Source: Candidatus Omnitrophota bacterium (lineage in GTDB: Bacteria > Omnitrophota > Gorgyraeia > JABMRJ01). From it: DNA of 58,999 nucleotides. The position numbers and the translations under genes are program-made. The notes beneath the pieces are model-generated. The model was not told where the DNA came from. It searched no databases and worked only from the letters and a program-made list of their open reading frames with translations. Of the stretch, positions 18,168 through 28,554 are shown piece by piece (position 1 is the stretch's first letter; every line of letters begins with the position of its first letter). The DNA is taken from positions 1-58,999 of the forward strand of contig JADHWH010000003.1 of NCBI GenBank assembly GCA_016783555.1, given 5' to 3'.

Positions 18168-19053
18168 ATCCGGATTGATCGATAGGATTTCGAAAAGAAT
18201 CAAAGTCGATAAGACAGTAATAAAGGGCATCGGCGATGACGCGGCTGTTATCAGATGGAAAAAAGATAAATATCTGCTCTTTGCTCAAGACATGGTAATA
18301 GAAGGGGTACACTTTAAAAGAACCGATTCGCCTTTCGGCATCGGGCACAAGGCGCTGAGTGCAAATATCAGCGACATAGCTGCTATGGGAGGACTGCCCC
18401 GATACGCGTCTCTCTCTTTAGGAGTGCCTAAGAATCTTAGCTTAAGGTATGTTGACGATATTTACAGAGGTATTAAGGCGATAGCCAAGAGATTCGGTGT
18501 GAACATAATCGGCGGCGATACCAGCTTATCAGAGAAGATAATTATCGACATCGCGGTGATCGGAGAGGTAAAGAGGAATGAGTTGGTTCTGCGTTCCGGC
18601 GCAAGGCCCGGTGATTTTGTAATAATTACAGGCGCGCTCGGCGGTTCCATAAAGGGAAGGCACTTGAGTTTTATACCCAGGGTTGATGAATCACTCTTTT
18701 TAGTCCGCAATTTCAGGATAAATTCCATGATAGATATATCAGACTCACTCTCCAGCGACCTTAATCAGATCTGCAGGCATAGCCGCGTAGGGGCAAGGAT
18801 CTATGAAAGCCTGATACCGCTCTCAAGGGAGAGCAATTCCGTAAAGGACGCCTTATGCGACGGCGAGGACTTTGAACTCTTGTTTACAGTACAAAGAAAA
18901 GATTTTAAAGATTTATTAAGGAAATTCAGAAATAGATTTAATATCCCTCTTACCGTGATAGGTGAAGTAAGAGAGAGAAGATATGGTATAGAGATAGTAA
19001 GCCGGTCAGGAAAGGCCTCTCTATTAAAGCCGGCTGGCTTCGCTCACTTTTAA
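18145..19053 (+). CDS. thiL: Thiamine-monophosphate kinase
   Basis: GESGLIDRI..IGDDAAVI N-terminus and an AIR-synthase-like fold pattern (GGDTS). Confidence 0.88.
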   Translation: MRLKDIGESGLIDRISKRIKVDKTVIKGIGDDAAVIRWKKDKYLLFAQDMVIEGVHFKRTDSPFGIGHKALSANISDIAAMGGLPRYASLSLGVPKNLSLRYVDDIYRGIKAIAKRFGVNIIGGDTSLSEKIIIDIAVIGEVKRNELVLRSGARPGDFVIITGALGGSIKGRHLSFIPRVDESLFLVRNFRINSMIDISDSLSSDLNQICRHSRVGARIYESLIPLSRESNSVKDALCDGEDFELLFTVQRKDFKDLLRKFRNRFNIPLTVIGEVRERRYGIEIVSRSGKASLLKPAGFAHF

Positions 19054-19073
19054 GGGACGGTCTTTAGTTTTAT

Positions 19074-19535
19074 ATGAAAGCGATTATTTCAAAAGGTATA
19101 GACGGGACTGTAGGGATTGGCGCAAAACTGGGCAGACTGCTTAAGGGCGGCGATGTCGTTGCTTTGGTCGGAGAGCTTGGTTCGGGCAAGACAACCCTTG
19201 TAAAAGGGATAGCAGAGGGACTCGGCGTCAAGGACTCAAGATATGTAAACAGCCCTTCATTTGTGATAATCAAGGAATATAGAGGTAATCTTCCCCTCTA
19301 CCATTTCGACATATATAGATTGGATAGTCCTTCTGACATGGAGACCGTCGGGTATAGGGAGTATTTCTACGCAGACGGGGTGAGCGTCATAGAATGGGCA
19401 GACAAGATTAAAGAGCTCCTGCCGGATGAATATTTAAATATAGAGCTCTCCATAAAAGGCAAAAGCGAAAGAGAGATAAAGATTATTCCCAAGGGGACTC
19501 GATACGACGACCTCTTAAGGAGATTGAAGTTATGA
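19074..19535 (+). CDS. tsaE: tRNA t6A37 biosynthesis ATPase TsaE
   Basis: GELGSGKTTLVKGI P-loop, SPSF.. and YHFDIYRL motifs, ~150 aa. Confidence 0.92.
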   Translation: MKAIISKGIDGTVGIGAKLGRLLKGGDVVALVGELGSGKTTLVKGIAEGLGVKDSRYVNSPSFVIIKEYRGNLPLYHFDIYRLDSPSDMETVGYREYFYADGVSVIEWADKIKELLPDEYLNIELSIKGKSEREIKIIPKGTRYDDLLRRLKL

Positions 19536-19652
19536 ACCCCGTTAGACCTCTAAGAGGTACTGATAGGGTTGACGCTCAGGATTTGTAGGGCAGGTTTAAA
19601 CCTGCCCTACAAATCAGGCAGAAATATAATTGAAAGGAGGTCTAACGGGGTG
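19533..19652 (+). repeat. Stop-to-start palindromic element, copy 1 (tsaE>tsaB); arms separated by an inserted 34-bp perfect palindrome
   Basis: TGA-ACCCCGTTAGACCTC (19533-19550) ... GAGGTCTAACGGGG-TG (19637-19652). A partial proximal partner is CCTC-TAA-GAGG. Confidence 0.85.
19581..19614. repeat. 34-bp perfect palindrome of GTAGGGCA type
   Basis: ATTTGTAGGGCAGGTTT|AAACCTGCCCTACAAAT; every base is self-complementary. Confidence 0.9.
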
Positions 19653-20342
19653 AAGATATTAGCTATCGAGACGTCGACCAGGAATTTAAGCATCGCAGTA
19701 GCGGATGAAAATTCTATATTGGCCGAATATAAGGGTGACTCGGTATTAAGACATTCACAGGACCTCATTCCTAATATAGAGATACTGCTAAAGAAGACCG
19801 GCTTAGGTCTGGCCGATATAGACTGTTTCGCAGTAAGTATAGGACCGGGTTCTTTTACCGGTTTAAGGGTGGGTGTCTCCATTATAAAAGGGCTTAACAT
19901 GGTTACGAATATACCCATAGTTACGGTTCCCACGCTGGATGTCATTGCCTGCAATGTCTTAGATACCCCTACCCCTATATGCGTCATATTGGACGCAAAA
20001 AAGAAAAATATATATAGTTCTTTATACAGAGTTAAAGACGGTGATATAATAAGAACGTGGGATTACCTCCTCGTCCCGCCCGATGAATTAATTGAGAGAA
20101 TAGACGATAAAGACGAAGAGATCTTATTCCTGGGAGACGCCATATCTTTTTACGGAGACCTTATTAGAGAAAGGCTTAAGAACGCAAAATTGGCCGATAG
20201 GAAATACTGGTTTCCGGATGCAAAGAGAGTGGCGCGCCTGGGAAGGAACAAATTTAAGAGAAGAGAGTTCGAAGACGCAGATGGTTTGGTGCCTATGTAT
20301 ATGTATTCAAGAGAATGCAACGTGAGGGGTATCGACAGATGA
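19650..20342 (+). CDS. tsaB: tRNA t6A37 biosynthesis protein TsaB
   Basis: ILAIETSTRNLSIAV...GPGSFTGLRVG. I prefer the GTG start at 19650, directly after GGAGGTCTAACGGG. The TTG at 19569 in the ORF track would translate the intergenic repeat. Confidence 0.88.
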   Translation: MKILAIETSTRNLSIAVADENSILAEYKGDSVLRHSQDLIPNIEILLKKTGLGLADIDCFAVSIGPGSFTGLRVGVSIIKGLNMVTNIPIVTVPTLDVIACNVLDTPTPICVILDAKKKNIYSSLYRVKDGDIIRTWDYLLVPPDELIERIDDKDEEILFLGDAISFYGDLIRERLKNAKLADRKYWFPDAKRVARLGRNKFKRREFEDADGLVPMYMYSRECNVRGIDR

Positions 20343-21463
20343 CAAAGACCTTTAGGCCGACGTGGGCAGAAGTCAATCTCGGCGCGCTCAAGTACAACTA
20401 TAACCAAATCCAGCGGCTGGTAGGCAGGGATGTAAAGCTTATGGTGGTAGTAAAGGCAAACGCTTACGGCCACGGTTTGGTAGAGGTCTCAAAGGCGTTG
20501 GCAAAGATGGGCGTGGATTATCTAGGCGTGGCCACCGTCGACGAGGCGCTTCTTTTAAGAAAGAGGCGCTTAAGAAAGCCCATATTGGTCCTGGGCTCCA
20601 TCCTTCCGGATGAAGTAGGCGCCGCATTGAAGAATAACATATCGCTTACCCTTGCCAATAACGAGCTTCTAAACATTATAGAGAAGAAGGCCGACTCCTT
20701 AAAGACCACCTGCAGGGTCCACATAAAGATAGATACCGGCATGGGAAGAATCGGCGCTTGGCACGAAGACGAAGCGGAACTCCTCATAGATAAGACGATC
20801 TCTTCGAAATCTATAGATGTGGAGGGTGTCTATACGCATTTCTCCTCGGCCGCAAGGGACAAGGTATACACCTCTTATCAGATAGAATCTTTTGAAAACC
20901 TCATAGGTAAATTGCTTAACAGAAATTTCAACATCCCTTACAGACATGCCGCAAACAGCATAGCCACCGTTAACCTTAAAAGATCACACCTGAATTTAGT
21001 GAGACCAGGCCTTATCGTATACGGCATGTATCCAAAGAAGGGTTTTAAGAGGTTTATAAATTTAAAACCGGTCTTATCATTAAAGACAAAGATAGTCTAC
21101 TTAAAGAATGTCCCGCCGGGAAGGTCGATAAGTTACGGCAGGACCTATCTTACACAAGAGCATACCAGGATTGCCACACTCCCAATCGGCTATGCGGACG
21201 GATATGGAAGGATCTTATCCAATAAGGCCGAAGTCCTTGTGAAGGGCGAAAAGGCGCCGGTCGTGGGCAAGGTTACAATGGACCAGACCATGATAGATGT
21301 CGGCCACATAGAAGATGTGAAGATCGGAGATGAGGTTGTATTAATCGGAAGACAGGGGAAGAATGAGATAACCACAGAAAGACTCGCAAGATTGGCAGGA
21401 ACCATACCTTACGAGATAGTATGCTCCATAACCGACCGCGTCCCGCGTATATATAAACGATAG
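20339..21463 (+). CDS. alr: Alanine racemase
   Basis: RPTWAEVNL...VVKANAYGHG (PLP lysine). The ATG at 20339 forms an ATGA overlap with the tsaB stop. Confidence 0.93.
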   Translation: MTKTFRPTWAEVNLGALKYNYNQIQRLVGRDVKLMVVVKANAYGHGLVEVSKALAKMGVDYLGVATVDEALLLRKRRLRKPILVLGSILPDEVGAALKNNISLTLANNELLNIIEKKADSLKTTCRVHIKIDTGMGRIGAWHEDEAELLIDKTISSKSIDVEGVYTHFSSAARDKVYTSYQIESFENLIGKLLNRNFNIPYRHAANSIATVNLKRSHLNLVRPGLIVYGMYPKKGFKRFINLKPVLSLKTKIVYLKNVPPGRSISYGRTYLTQEHTRIATLPIGYADGYGRILSNKAEVLVKGEKAPVVGKVTMDQTMIDVGHIEDVKIGDEVVLIGRQGKNEITTERLARLAGTIPYEIVCSITDRVPRIYKR

Positions 21464-21479
21464 CCGAGATTTACCAAAG

Positions 21480-23336
21480 ATGTCACCGGACAAAAAGACT
21501 CTATTAATATCCGCTATTCTAATAATAGTCTTAAGCCTCGCCATCTACGCCAATTCCTTAAACTGCAGATTCATCTGGGATGATGAGCTCTTGATAGAAG
21601 GGAGCCCCCGCATAAAAGACTGGCGCAACACGCCAAAGATATTTACTGAATCCATGGTAGAGGGGTCCGGATTAAGAGGTATATATTACCGCCCGCTTCA
21701 GATGTTTACCCATATGATAGATTATTACCTCTGGGGACTGGATGCAAGGGGCTACCATCTTGTAAGCATACTCTTCCATGCCATGGTAGCCTTGTCTCTA
21801 TACTGGCTCATCAACGTCATCTTCGAAGACAAATTATTATCCCTGTTCGCAAGTATACTCTTTTTAGTCCACCCTATCCAGACAGAGGCGGTAACATACA
21901 TCTCGGGCCGTTCAGACCTCTTGTCCGCGCTCTTTATGCTTCTATGTTTTATACTTTATATAAAAGGGCTTCGCTCTGAAAATATAGTAAGGCACCTTCT
22001 TATGATATCATGCTACATACTGGCGCTCCTATCAAAGGAGAATAGTATCATACTGCCTCTCCTCTTTATGATTTATCACTATGTATCAAAAGAGAGATTT
22101 AAAATAGCCGTATTTACGCCGATAGCCGGATGCGCCGTTATATATCTTATCTTAAGATCAAACGCTGCCTTATGCAGCACACCATGGATTAATACGATCC
22201 CCGAGAGGGTTCCGGGATTCTTTGCGGCCGTTGTAACTTATATAAGACTCATGATCTTGCCCTTCAATCTCCACGTCGACTATGGAGGCATACTCTTTAG
22301 CTTTAAAGACCCCATAGTAATAACAGGATTCTTTATAACAATCTCTCTTTTATCTCTATCCTTTATAAAAAGAAAGAAGAATAGGCTCGTCTCTTTTTCT
22401 ATTCTTTGGTTTTTCATCGCCCTCATACCCGTCTCCGGTATTTATCCGCTGCCATTCTACATGGCGGAGCACTTTCTCTATTTTCCCATAATAGGGTTTG
22501 TCTTAGTCATGGCAGGCGCAATAACGCGCCTATACAGGACAAAGAAGTTTCATCTCCCCGCGCTCCTTTTTATAATCGCCATATCTTCAATACATTCGTA
22601 TCTTACATTAAGACAGAATAGTTACTGGAGAGAACCTATAGCCTTTTACGAGAGGACATTGAGACTCTCGCCGGAAAGCCTGATGATGCGCATCAATCTC
22701 GCCGGCATATACGAAAGAAAAAATGATAAGAAGAAGGCAATATCCTTATATAAAGAGATAGTAGAACTCGACCGGAACCATACAGCGACGTATTATAACA
22801 TCGGGAGGATATACTTAGGTCTCGAAAATTATAGAGAGGCTATAAGGTTCTTCAAAAAAGCGGTAGAGGTCAATCCGGATTACGCAAGAGGATATAACGG
22901 CCTGGGGCTGGCATATGCGAAAAGGGGCGACTGCGAAAAGGCGATGCCCTTTTTCAAAAAGGCCATCGAATCCAACCCTTATTATGCGGCTGCGTATAAT
23001 AACGCGGGGAGTATCTGCCTGGCTATCGGCGAGAATAAAGAGGCCATGGAATTTTTTAATAAGGCCGTAGAGATAAACCCCCGTTACGCAGCCGGATATA
23101 ACAGCCTCGGCAATTTATCTCTTGCCTCCGGCAGGAATAAGGAAGCTATAAAATTCTTTAGCGAGGCCGTAAAGATAAAGCCGGGTTTAGCCAAGGCGCA
23201 CACAGGTCTGGCAAGGGCGTATTATTGCGATGGAGAGCATGAGGAGGCCCTTATGCATTATGATAAAGCAGCCGAACTCGGATGTGAAACAAACCCGGAA
23301 TTAAGAAGCCTTTTAGAACCGCATCGGAGAGAATAA
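21480..23336 (+). CDS. Polytopic GT-C-like membrane protein with C-terminal TPR repeats (TMTC/PMT-like)
   Basis: ~11 TM segments with WDDELL and YYRPL motifs, followed by ~6 TPR repeats (..AYYNIGRIYLGLENYREAIRFFKKAVEVNPDYA..). Confidence 0.7.
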   Translation: MSPDKKTLLISAILIIVLSLAIYANSLNCRFIWDDELLIEGSPRIKDWRNTPKIFTESMVEGSGLRGIYYRPLQMFTHMIDYYLWGLDARGYHLVSILFHAMVALSLYWLINVIFEDKLLSLFASILFLVHPIQTEAVTYISGRSDLLSALFMLLCFILYIKGLRSENIVRHLLMISCYILALLSKENSIILPLLFMIYHYVSKERFKIAVFTPIAGCAVIYLILRSNAALCSTPWINTIPERVPGFFAAVVTYIRLMILPFNLHVDYGGILFSFKDPIVITGFFITISLLSLSFIKRKKNRLVSFSILWFFIALIPVSGIYPLPFYMAEHFLYFPIIGFVLVMAGAITRLYRTKKFHLPALLFIIAISSIHSYLTLRQNSYWREPIAFYERTLRLSPESLMMRINLAGIYERKNDKKKAISLYKEIVELDRNHTATYYNIGRIYLGLENYREAIRFFKKAVEVNPDYARGYNGLGLAYAKRGDCEKAMPFFKKAIESNPYYAAAYNNAGSICLAIGENKEAMEFFNKAVEINPRYAAGYNSLGNLSLASGRNKEAIKFFSEAVKIKPGLAKAHTGLARAYYCDGEHEEALMHYDKAAELGCETNPELRSLLEPHRRE

Positions 23337-23341
23337 GGAGA

Positions 23342-24919
23342 ATGGAAAAGATCACCGCTTTAATCGAGAAGAGGTTCAAGGTCATAGTCTGCCTCTTTTT
23401 TGTGGTCTACTTTCTCGTCGGATTAACCGTCTTTAAGGATTACGGTGTTTCATGCGACGAATCCCTTTCGAGGACAAGAGGGATATTGGCGTTTAACTAT
23501 GTCTTTAAACACGACAAAGCGCTTCTTAGTTATGTTTACAGATACCATGGAACCGCTTTTGAGATACTTTTGGCGGCTATTGAGAAGACTTTGAATATGA
23601 CAGAGAATATTAGAACCGTATATTTCATGAGACATCTGGCTACATTTCTTCTATTTTTTACCGGAGTAATCTTTTTTTATTTTTTATGTAAGTATAGATT
23701 CCAAAGCTGGAAGGTAGGCCTTTTGGGGAGTCTATTTCTTATCTTAAGCCCGAGGATATTTGCCCATTCATTCTATAATCCGAAGGATATCCCGTTTACC
23801 GCGGTTTTTATAATAAGCATATATACATTAATCGGGTATTTGAATAAGAAGACCCTGTCTGGGGCCGCTCTTCATGCGGGGGCTTGCGCCGTCTTATTCA
23901 ACATACGCCTAGCCGGAATCATCGTCCCTCTCTTCACCGCCAGCTTTATCATCGCTGATTTGTCGATAGCAAGACGGACGATGAGAAGAAGGATAATCGG
24001 TAACTTTTCGGCTTATCTAATTCTACTGACCTTTCTTATCGTGCTTCTATGGCCGGTTCTTTGGGAAGGCCCGCTCTCTCATTTTAAGGATATATTAAGG
24101 CTTATGCAATGCTATAATTGGACAGGCGACGTTTTATACTTTGGAAATTACATACATAACACAGAATTGCCTTGGCATTACATTCCCGTATGGATAGCTA
24201 TATCGACGCCGCTACTCTATACAATTTTATTTTTTATCGGGTCATCTTTTTCTATAAGCGCGTTATTAAAAAACCGGACGGAGTTTTATATTAAAAGAAG
24301 AGATGACCTTATATTTTTAATGTGGTTCTTTCTTCCTTTAGCGGCTGTCATTATGCCCAGGTCCGGTCTATACGATGCATGGCGGCATCTCTTTTTTATC
24401 TATCCGGCACTTTTGATATTTTCCTTAATAGGATTGACGCTTATCGTTGAATTTATAAAACCAAGATTGCGGGGCTTGAGATATACGGCCTTCAAAGTAA
24501 TCCTTATTTTGATTACGGTATCGAGTCTTCTTAATGCCGCAATATTTATGATAAGGTATCACCCCTACCAAAACCTCTTCTTTAACGTATTGGCCGGCAG
24601 AGATATGGAAGCGGTGAAGGATAGCTTTGAATTGGATTACTGGGGCCTCTCATACAGAAAGGCCCTTGAGCATATTTTAAAAAACGACAAAAAAGATACG
24701 ATAAAGATCTATCCGCGCAATCTGCCGGTAGAGAACAATCTTCTTATGCTCCCCCTTAAGGATAAGGAGAGGGTGGTTCTTGTAGAGGACCCCAAGAAAG
24801 CAGGATATTTCTTAACCAATTACAGATGGCACAAGAGTGAGTATCCTTTCAAAGACGAGCATTATACGGTAAAGATAGGAGATACGAAGATTATAGCCGT
24901 ATATAAGCTTAGCAGGTAA
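23342..24919 (+). CDS. GT-C fold (GT39/ArnT-like) membrane glycosyltransferase
   Basis: Polytopic membrane protein with an acidic first-loop motif (CDESL) and overall ArnT/PMT-like topology. It is adjacent to a paralogous-type gene. Confidence 0.55.
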   Translation: MEKITALIEKRFKVIVCLFFVVYFLVGLTVFKDYGVSCDESLSRTRGILAFNYVFKHDKALLSYVYRYHGTAFEILLAAIEKTLNMTENIRTVYFMRHLATFLLFFTGVIFFYFLCKYRFQSWKVGLLGSLFLILSPRIFAHSFYNPKDIPFTAVFIISIYTLIGYLNKKTLSGAALHAGACAVLFNIRLAGIIVPLFTASFIIADLSIARRTMRRRIIGNFSAYLILLTFLIVLLWPVLWEGPLSHFKDILRLMQCYNWTGDVLYFGNYIHNTELPWHYIPVWIAISTPLLYTILFFIGSSFSISALLKNRTEFYIKRRDDLIFLMWFFLPLAAVIMPRSGLYDAWRHLFFIYPALLIFSLIGLTLIVEFIKPRLRGLRYTAFKVILILITVSSLLNAAIFMIRYHPYQNLFFNVLAGRDMEAVKDSFELDYWGLSYRKALEHILKNDKKDTIKIYPRNLPVENNLLMLPLKDKERVVLVEDPKKAGYFLTNYRWHKSEYPFKDEHYTVKIGDTKIIAVYKLSR

Positions 24920-24945
24920 CTCTTTTATAACTCCCTTATTTTCCT

Positions 24946-24973
24946 TTGACAGTTCCCGCCTATGTGTTATAAT
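24946..24973 (+). promoter_or_regulatory. Near-consensus sigma70-type promoter for the ilv-leu operon
   Basis: TTGACA (24946-24951), a 16-nt spacer, TGT-TATAAT (extended -10, 24965-24973), ~80 nt upstream of the ilvD ATG. Confidence 0.75.
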
Positions 24974-25006
24974 ATATGCTTAATATCATAAGGGATGAAA
25001 TTATGT

Positions 25007-25038
25007 GCCGTAGGGCACACTTAAGTGTGCCCTACGGC
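25007..25038. promoter_or_regulatory. 32-bp perfect palindrome (GTAGGGCA type) in the ilvD leader; either an operator or a 5'-UTR hairpin
   Basis: GCCGTAGGGCACAC-TTAA-GTGTGCCCTACGGC lies between the predicted -10 box (24968-24973) and the SD AAGGAG (25043-25048). Confidence 0.7.
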
Positions 25039-25055
25039 TAACAAGGAGAAGGGAT

Positions 25056-26711
25056 ATGAGGAGTGACAAGATCAAGAAAGGCATAGAGAGGGCGGGAAAT
25101 AGGTCCCTTTTATACGCTACGGGACTATCTAAGAAAGAGCTGAATAAGCCTTTTATAGCCGTTATTTCAAGTTTTAGCGATATAATCCCGGGCCACGTGG
25201 GGATGAGGCGCTTGGAAAGGTTTATAGAGAGGGGTGTCTGCGCAGGCGGGGGTGTGCCGTTTATGATGGGCGTTCCTGGAGTATGTGACGGTATAGCTAT
25301 GGGTCATGAAGGGATGAAATATTCGCTCGCTTCCCGAGAGGCCATAGCGGATATGATAGAGACGGTTGTGCGGGCCCACGCTTTCGACGGCATGGTCTGC
25401 CTGACAAACTGCGATAAGATTACACCCGGCATGCTCATGGCTATAGCCAGGGTTAACATACCTTCGATTGTTGTTACTGCCGGTCCTATGCTTTCAGGGA
25501 GAATCGGCAAGAGACGGCTCTCTTTGGTAAGAGATACATTCGAGGCGGTCGGGCGGCTCAATAAAGGCGTTATTACACAACATGAATTCAATCAGCTGGA
25601 AGAGTGTGCATGCCCCGGTTTCGGCTCATGCCAGGGGCTATACACGGCAAACTCAATGTCATGTATTACAGAGGCTATCGGTATCTCTCTGCCCGGATGC
25701 GGTTCGTCTCTGGCAGTTTCGGCGAAGAAGGAACGCATAGCCTTTGAAAGCGGCGAGAGGGTTGTGAATCTGACAAGAAGGAATGTGACTCCGTCGAGCA
25801 TTCTCAACAGGAAATCTCTCGAGAACGGGATAACTGTCGATATGGCATTGGGCGGTTCCACAAATACCATTCTACACCTGCTGGCGCTGGCGCATGAGGC
25901 GGGCGTAAATATCCCCTTAGAGAAATTTGACCATATAAGCGAGTCTATCTCACACATAGTGAATATAAGGCCCGGCGGCGAATATTTCATGGAAGACCTT
26001 GAATTCGCGGGCGGGATTCCGGCTGTGCAAAAGAGGCTCCGCAATAAGATAAACGACTGCATGACGGTAAGCGGAAAATTGGTGAGTCAGATAGCGCGCG
26101 AGGCCAAGATATTCGATGAAGAGGTTATAAGGACATTGAATAAACCTTTCCATCCCCAGGGAGGTATCACGGTCTTGAAGGGAAACCTTGCCCCCGAAGG
26201 CGCGGTCATAAAGAGGACCGCTGTGTCATCCAAGATGATGCGCTTTAAAGGCAGGGCCGTCTGCTTTAATTCCGAAGAGGAAGCGATGAAGTCTATACTA
26301 GCCGGCAGGATAAAGAAGGGTGACATCATCGTCATAAGGTACGAGGGGCCTAAAGGCGGTCCGGGGATGAGGGAGATGCTCTCTCCGACTTCAAGCGTTA
26401 TCGGAATGGGCATGGGCGAGGAAGTCGCCCTTATTACAGACGGCAGGTTCTCTGGCGGGACCAGGGGGCCGTGTATCGGCCATATTGCGCCGGAGGCCCA
26501 GATGGGCGGACCGCTCGCAATTGTTAAGGACGGCGATGAGATTTCTATAGATATACCGAAGAAGAAACTCAATCTTAATGTATCCCAGCGCGAGATTCAG
26601 AATAGGTTTGCGCAATGGGTTCCACCGCAGCCCAAAGTGAAGAAGGGGTACCTTGCCAGGTACGCAAGGTTCGTTACGTCAGCATCAAGAGGGGCGGTGT
26701 TTGAGATATGA
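25056..26711 (+). CDS. ilvD: Dihydroxy-acid dehydratase
   Basis: [27 protein letters not shown] and GGSTN motifs. Confidence 0.95.
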   Translation: MRSDKIKKGIERAGNRSLLYATGLSKKELNKPFIAVISSFSDIIPGHVGMRRLERFIERGVCAGGGVPFMMGVPGVCDGIAMGHEGMKYSLASREAIADMIETVVRAHAFDGMVCLTNCDKITPGMLMAIARVNIPSIVVTAGPMLSGRIGKRRLSLVRDTFEAVGRLNKGVITQHEFNQLEECACPGFGSCQGLYTANSMSCITEAIGISLPGCGSSLAVSAKKERIAFESGERVVNLTRRNVTPSSILNRKSLENGITVDMALGGSTNTILHLLALAHEAGVNIPLEKFDHISESISHIVNIRPGGEYFMEDLEFAGGIPAVQKRLRNKINDCMTVSGKLVSQIAREAKIFDEEVIRTLNKPFHPQGGITVLKGNLAPEGAVIKRTAVSSKMMRFKGRAVCFNSEEEAMKSILAGRIKKGDIIVIRYEGPKGGPGMREMLSPTSSVIGMGMGEEVALITDGRFSGGTRGPCIGHIAPEAQMGGPLAIVKDGDEISIDIPKKKLNLNVSQREIQNRFAQWVPPQPKVKKGYLARYARFVTSASRGAVFEI

Positions 26712-26801
26712 TGGGTTCGACGCGCCCGCTTCGCGGGCTTGTGCTTCGACGTTGCTCAGCATCGTTCGAAGCATCGTGAGCTTGTCGAACGACTCACCAT
26801 C
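26709..26801 (+). other. GC-rich, multi-stem structured spacer between ilvD and ilvB (possible cis-regulatory RNA or repeat)
   Basis: A closing helix TGATGG-GTTCGAC ... GTCGAAC-GACTCA-CCATCA encloses hairpins GCCCGC-TTC-GCGGGC and GCTTCGA..TCGAAGC. By eye its composition is much more GC-rich than the other spacers. Confidence 0.45.
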
Positions 26802-26829
26802 ATACTAAGCGACCGAAAGGAATCAAAGT

Positions 26830-28503
26830 ATGACAAAACTATCAGGCGCAAAGATATTAATAGAGTCATTAAAGAAAGAGAAAGTCGATATTATGTTCGG
26901 TTATCCGGGCGGTTCTGTCTTGCCCATATTTGACGTGCTTTACGATGCGCCGATAAAGTTTGTATTGACCAGGCACGAACAGGGCGCGGCCCATGCGGCT
27001 GACGGATACGCGCGCGTTACCGGCAGGCCCGGAGTCTGTATTGCTACATCAGGGCCGGGGGCGACAAATCTCGTTACGGGGATCGCTACCGCATATATGG
27101 ACTCTGTCCCCCTGGTTGCCATCACGGGACAGGTAAAGACATTTCTCATAGGAAACGACGCTTTTCAGGAAGCGGATGTTACCGGTATAACGAGGCCTAT
27201 TACAAAGCACAACTATCTTGTAAAAGACGTTAGAGACCTTGCCCGGATAATTAAGGAGGCATTCCATATAGCGTCAACCGGAAGGCCCGGGCCTGTTGTT
27301 ATAGATATACCCGTAGATGTCCAGCTTCATGAGACAGAGTTTCATTATCCTAAAGAGGCTGATATAAGGGGGTACAAGCCTACTTATGCCGGTCACATAG
27401 GACAGATTAAACGGGCGGCAAAGGCGATAAATGCAAGCAGGCGCCCTATCATCTACGCAGGGGGAGGTATAATTATCTCCGCCGCCTCTAATGAACTGTA
27501 TGAATTTGCGACAAAGGCAAATATACCTATTACAACGACGATGCTCGGCCTGGGAGGCTTTCCCGAGACGCACAAGTTATCTCTTGGTATGCTCGGTATG
27601 CATGGGACTGTCTACGCGAATCATGCCATAATGGATTCGGACCTCATAATCGCCGTCGGGGCAAGGTTCGATGACAGGGTAACGGGAAAGGTTGATGAAT
27701 TCGCTCCTCATGCAAAGGTTATACACATAGACATTGATCCGTCCAGCGTGAGTAAGAATATAAAGGTGCATATCCCTATAGTCGGTGACGCAAAGAGCGT
27801 CTTGCAGGAATTGAATAAACTGGTCGGTAAGGTCGATACCAAGGAATGGCTTGCAAAGATAGAGACCTGGAAGAAGAAAGGCCCGCTCACCTTTAAAGAT
27901 GACGATAAGTTAAGGCCTCAATATGTCGTAAAAGAGATTTACGAAGCGACAAAAGGCGAGGCCATAATCACGACAGAAGTGGGCCAGAACCAGATGTGGG
28001 CCGCTCAATTCTACACATACACAAAACCGAGGACGTTTCTCTCAAGCGGCGGCCTGGGGACTATGGGGTACGGTTTCCCCGCGGCCATAGGCGCGCAGAT
28101 GGGGATGCCGGACAAGATAGTCTTCGACATAGCCGGAGACGGAAGCATACAGATGAATATACAGGAGCTCGCTACGGCGGTTAATAATAAACTGCCTGTA
28201 AAGGTCGCCATTATGAGTAACTGTTACCTCGGCATGGTGAGACAGTGGCAGGAGCTCTTTTATAAAAGGAGATATTCATATACGCACCTTGAGGGGTGTC
28301 CTGATTTTGTGAAGATCGCCGAAAGTTACGGCGCCGCAGGCATAAGGGTTACAAAGAAGAAAGACGTAAGGCCTGCCATAGAGAAGGCATTGGCTATAAA
28401 TAAGCCGGTCTTTTTGGATTTCCGTGTGGAGGAAGAAGAGAACGTATTTCCTATGGTCCCTGCGGGACAGGCTATAAATAGAATGATCGGCGGCATGGCC
28501 TAA
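26830..28503 (+). CDS. ilvB: Acetolactate synthase large subunit
   Basis: [15 protein letters not shown] and the TPP-binding motif [25 protein letters not shown]. Confidence 0.94.
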   Translation: MTKLSGAKILIESLKKEKVDIMFGYPGGSVLPIFDVLYDAPIKFVLTRHEQGAAHAADGYARVTGRPGVCIATSGPGATNLVTGIATAYMDSVPLVAITGQVKTFLIGNDAFQEADVTGITRPITKHNYLVKDVRDLARIIKEAFHIASTGRPGPVVIDIPVDVQLHETEFHYPKEADIRGYKPTYAGHIGQIKRAAKAINASRRPIIYAGGGIIISAASNELYEFATKANIPITTTMLGLGGFPETHKLSLGMLGMHGTVYANHAIMDSDLIIAVGARFDDRVTGKVDEFAPHAKVIHIDIDPSSVSKNIKVHIPIVGDAKSVLQELNKLVGKVDTKEWLAKIETWKKKGPLTFKDDDKLRPQYVVKEIYEATKGEAIITTEVGQNQMWAAQFYTYTKPRTFLSSGGLGTMGYGFPAAIGAQMGMPDKIVFDIAGDGSIQMNIQELATAVNNKLPVKVAIMSNCYLGMVRQWQELFYKRRYSYTHLEGCPDFVKIAESYGAAGIRVTKKKDVRPAIEKALAINKPVFLDFRVEEEENVFPMVPAGQAINRMIGGMA

Positions 28504-28554
28504 GTCCTAACCTGGTAAGACCTAGCCGGGTAAAAATAAGGAGGGTTAGCGGAA

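Noticed and set aside
19602-19630. TATAAT at 19625-19630 as a promoter for tsaB.
   Set aside because: No -35-like hexamer lies at the appropriate spacing (the sequence there is CTGCCC). tsaB is more likely co-transcribed with tsaE across the clamp element.
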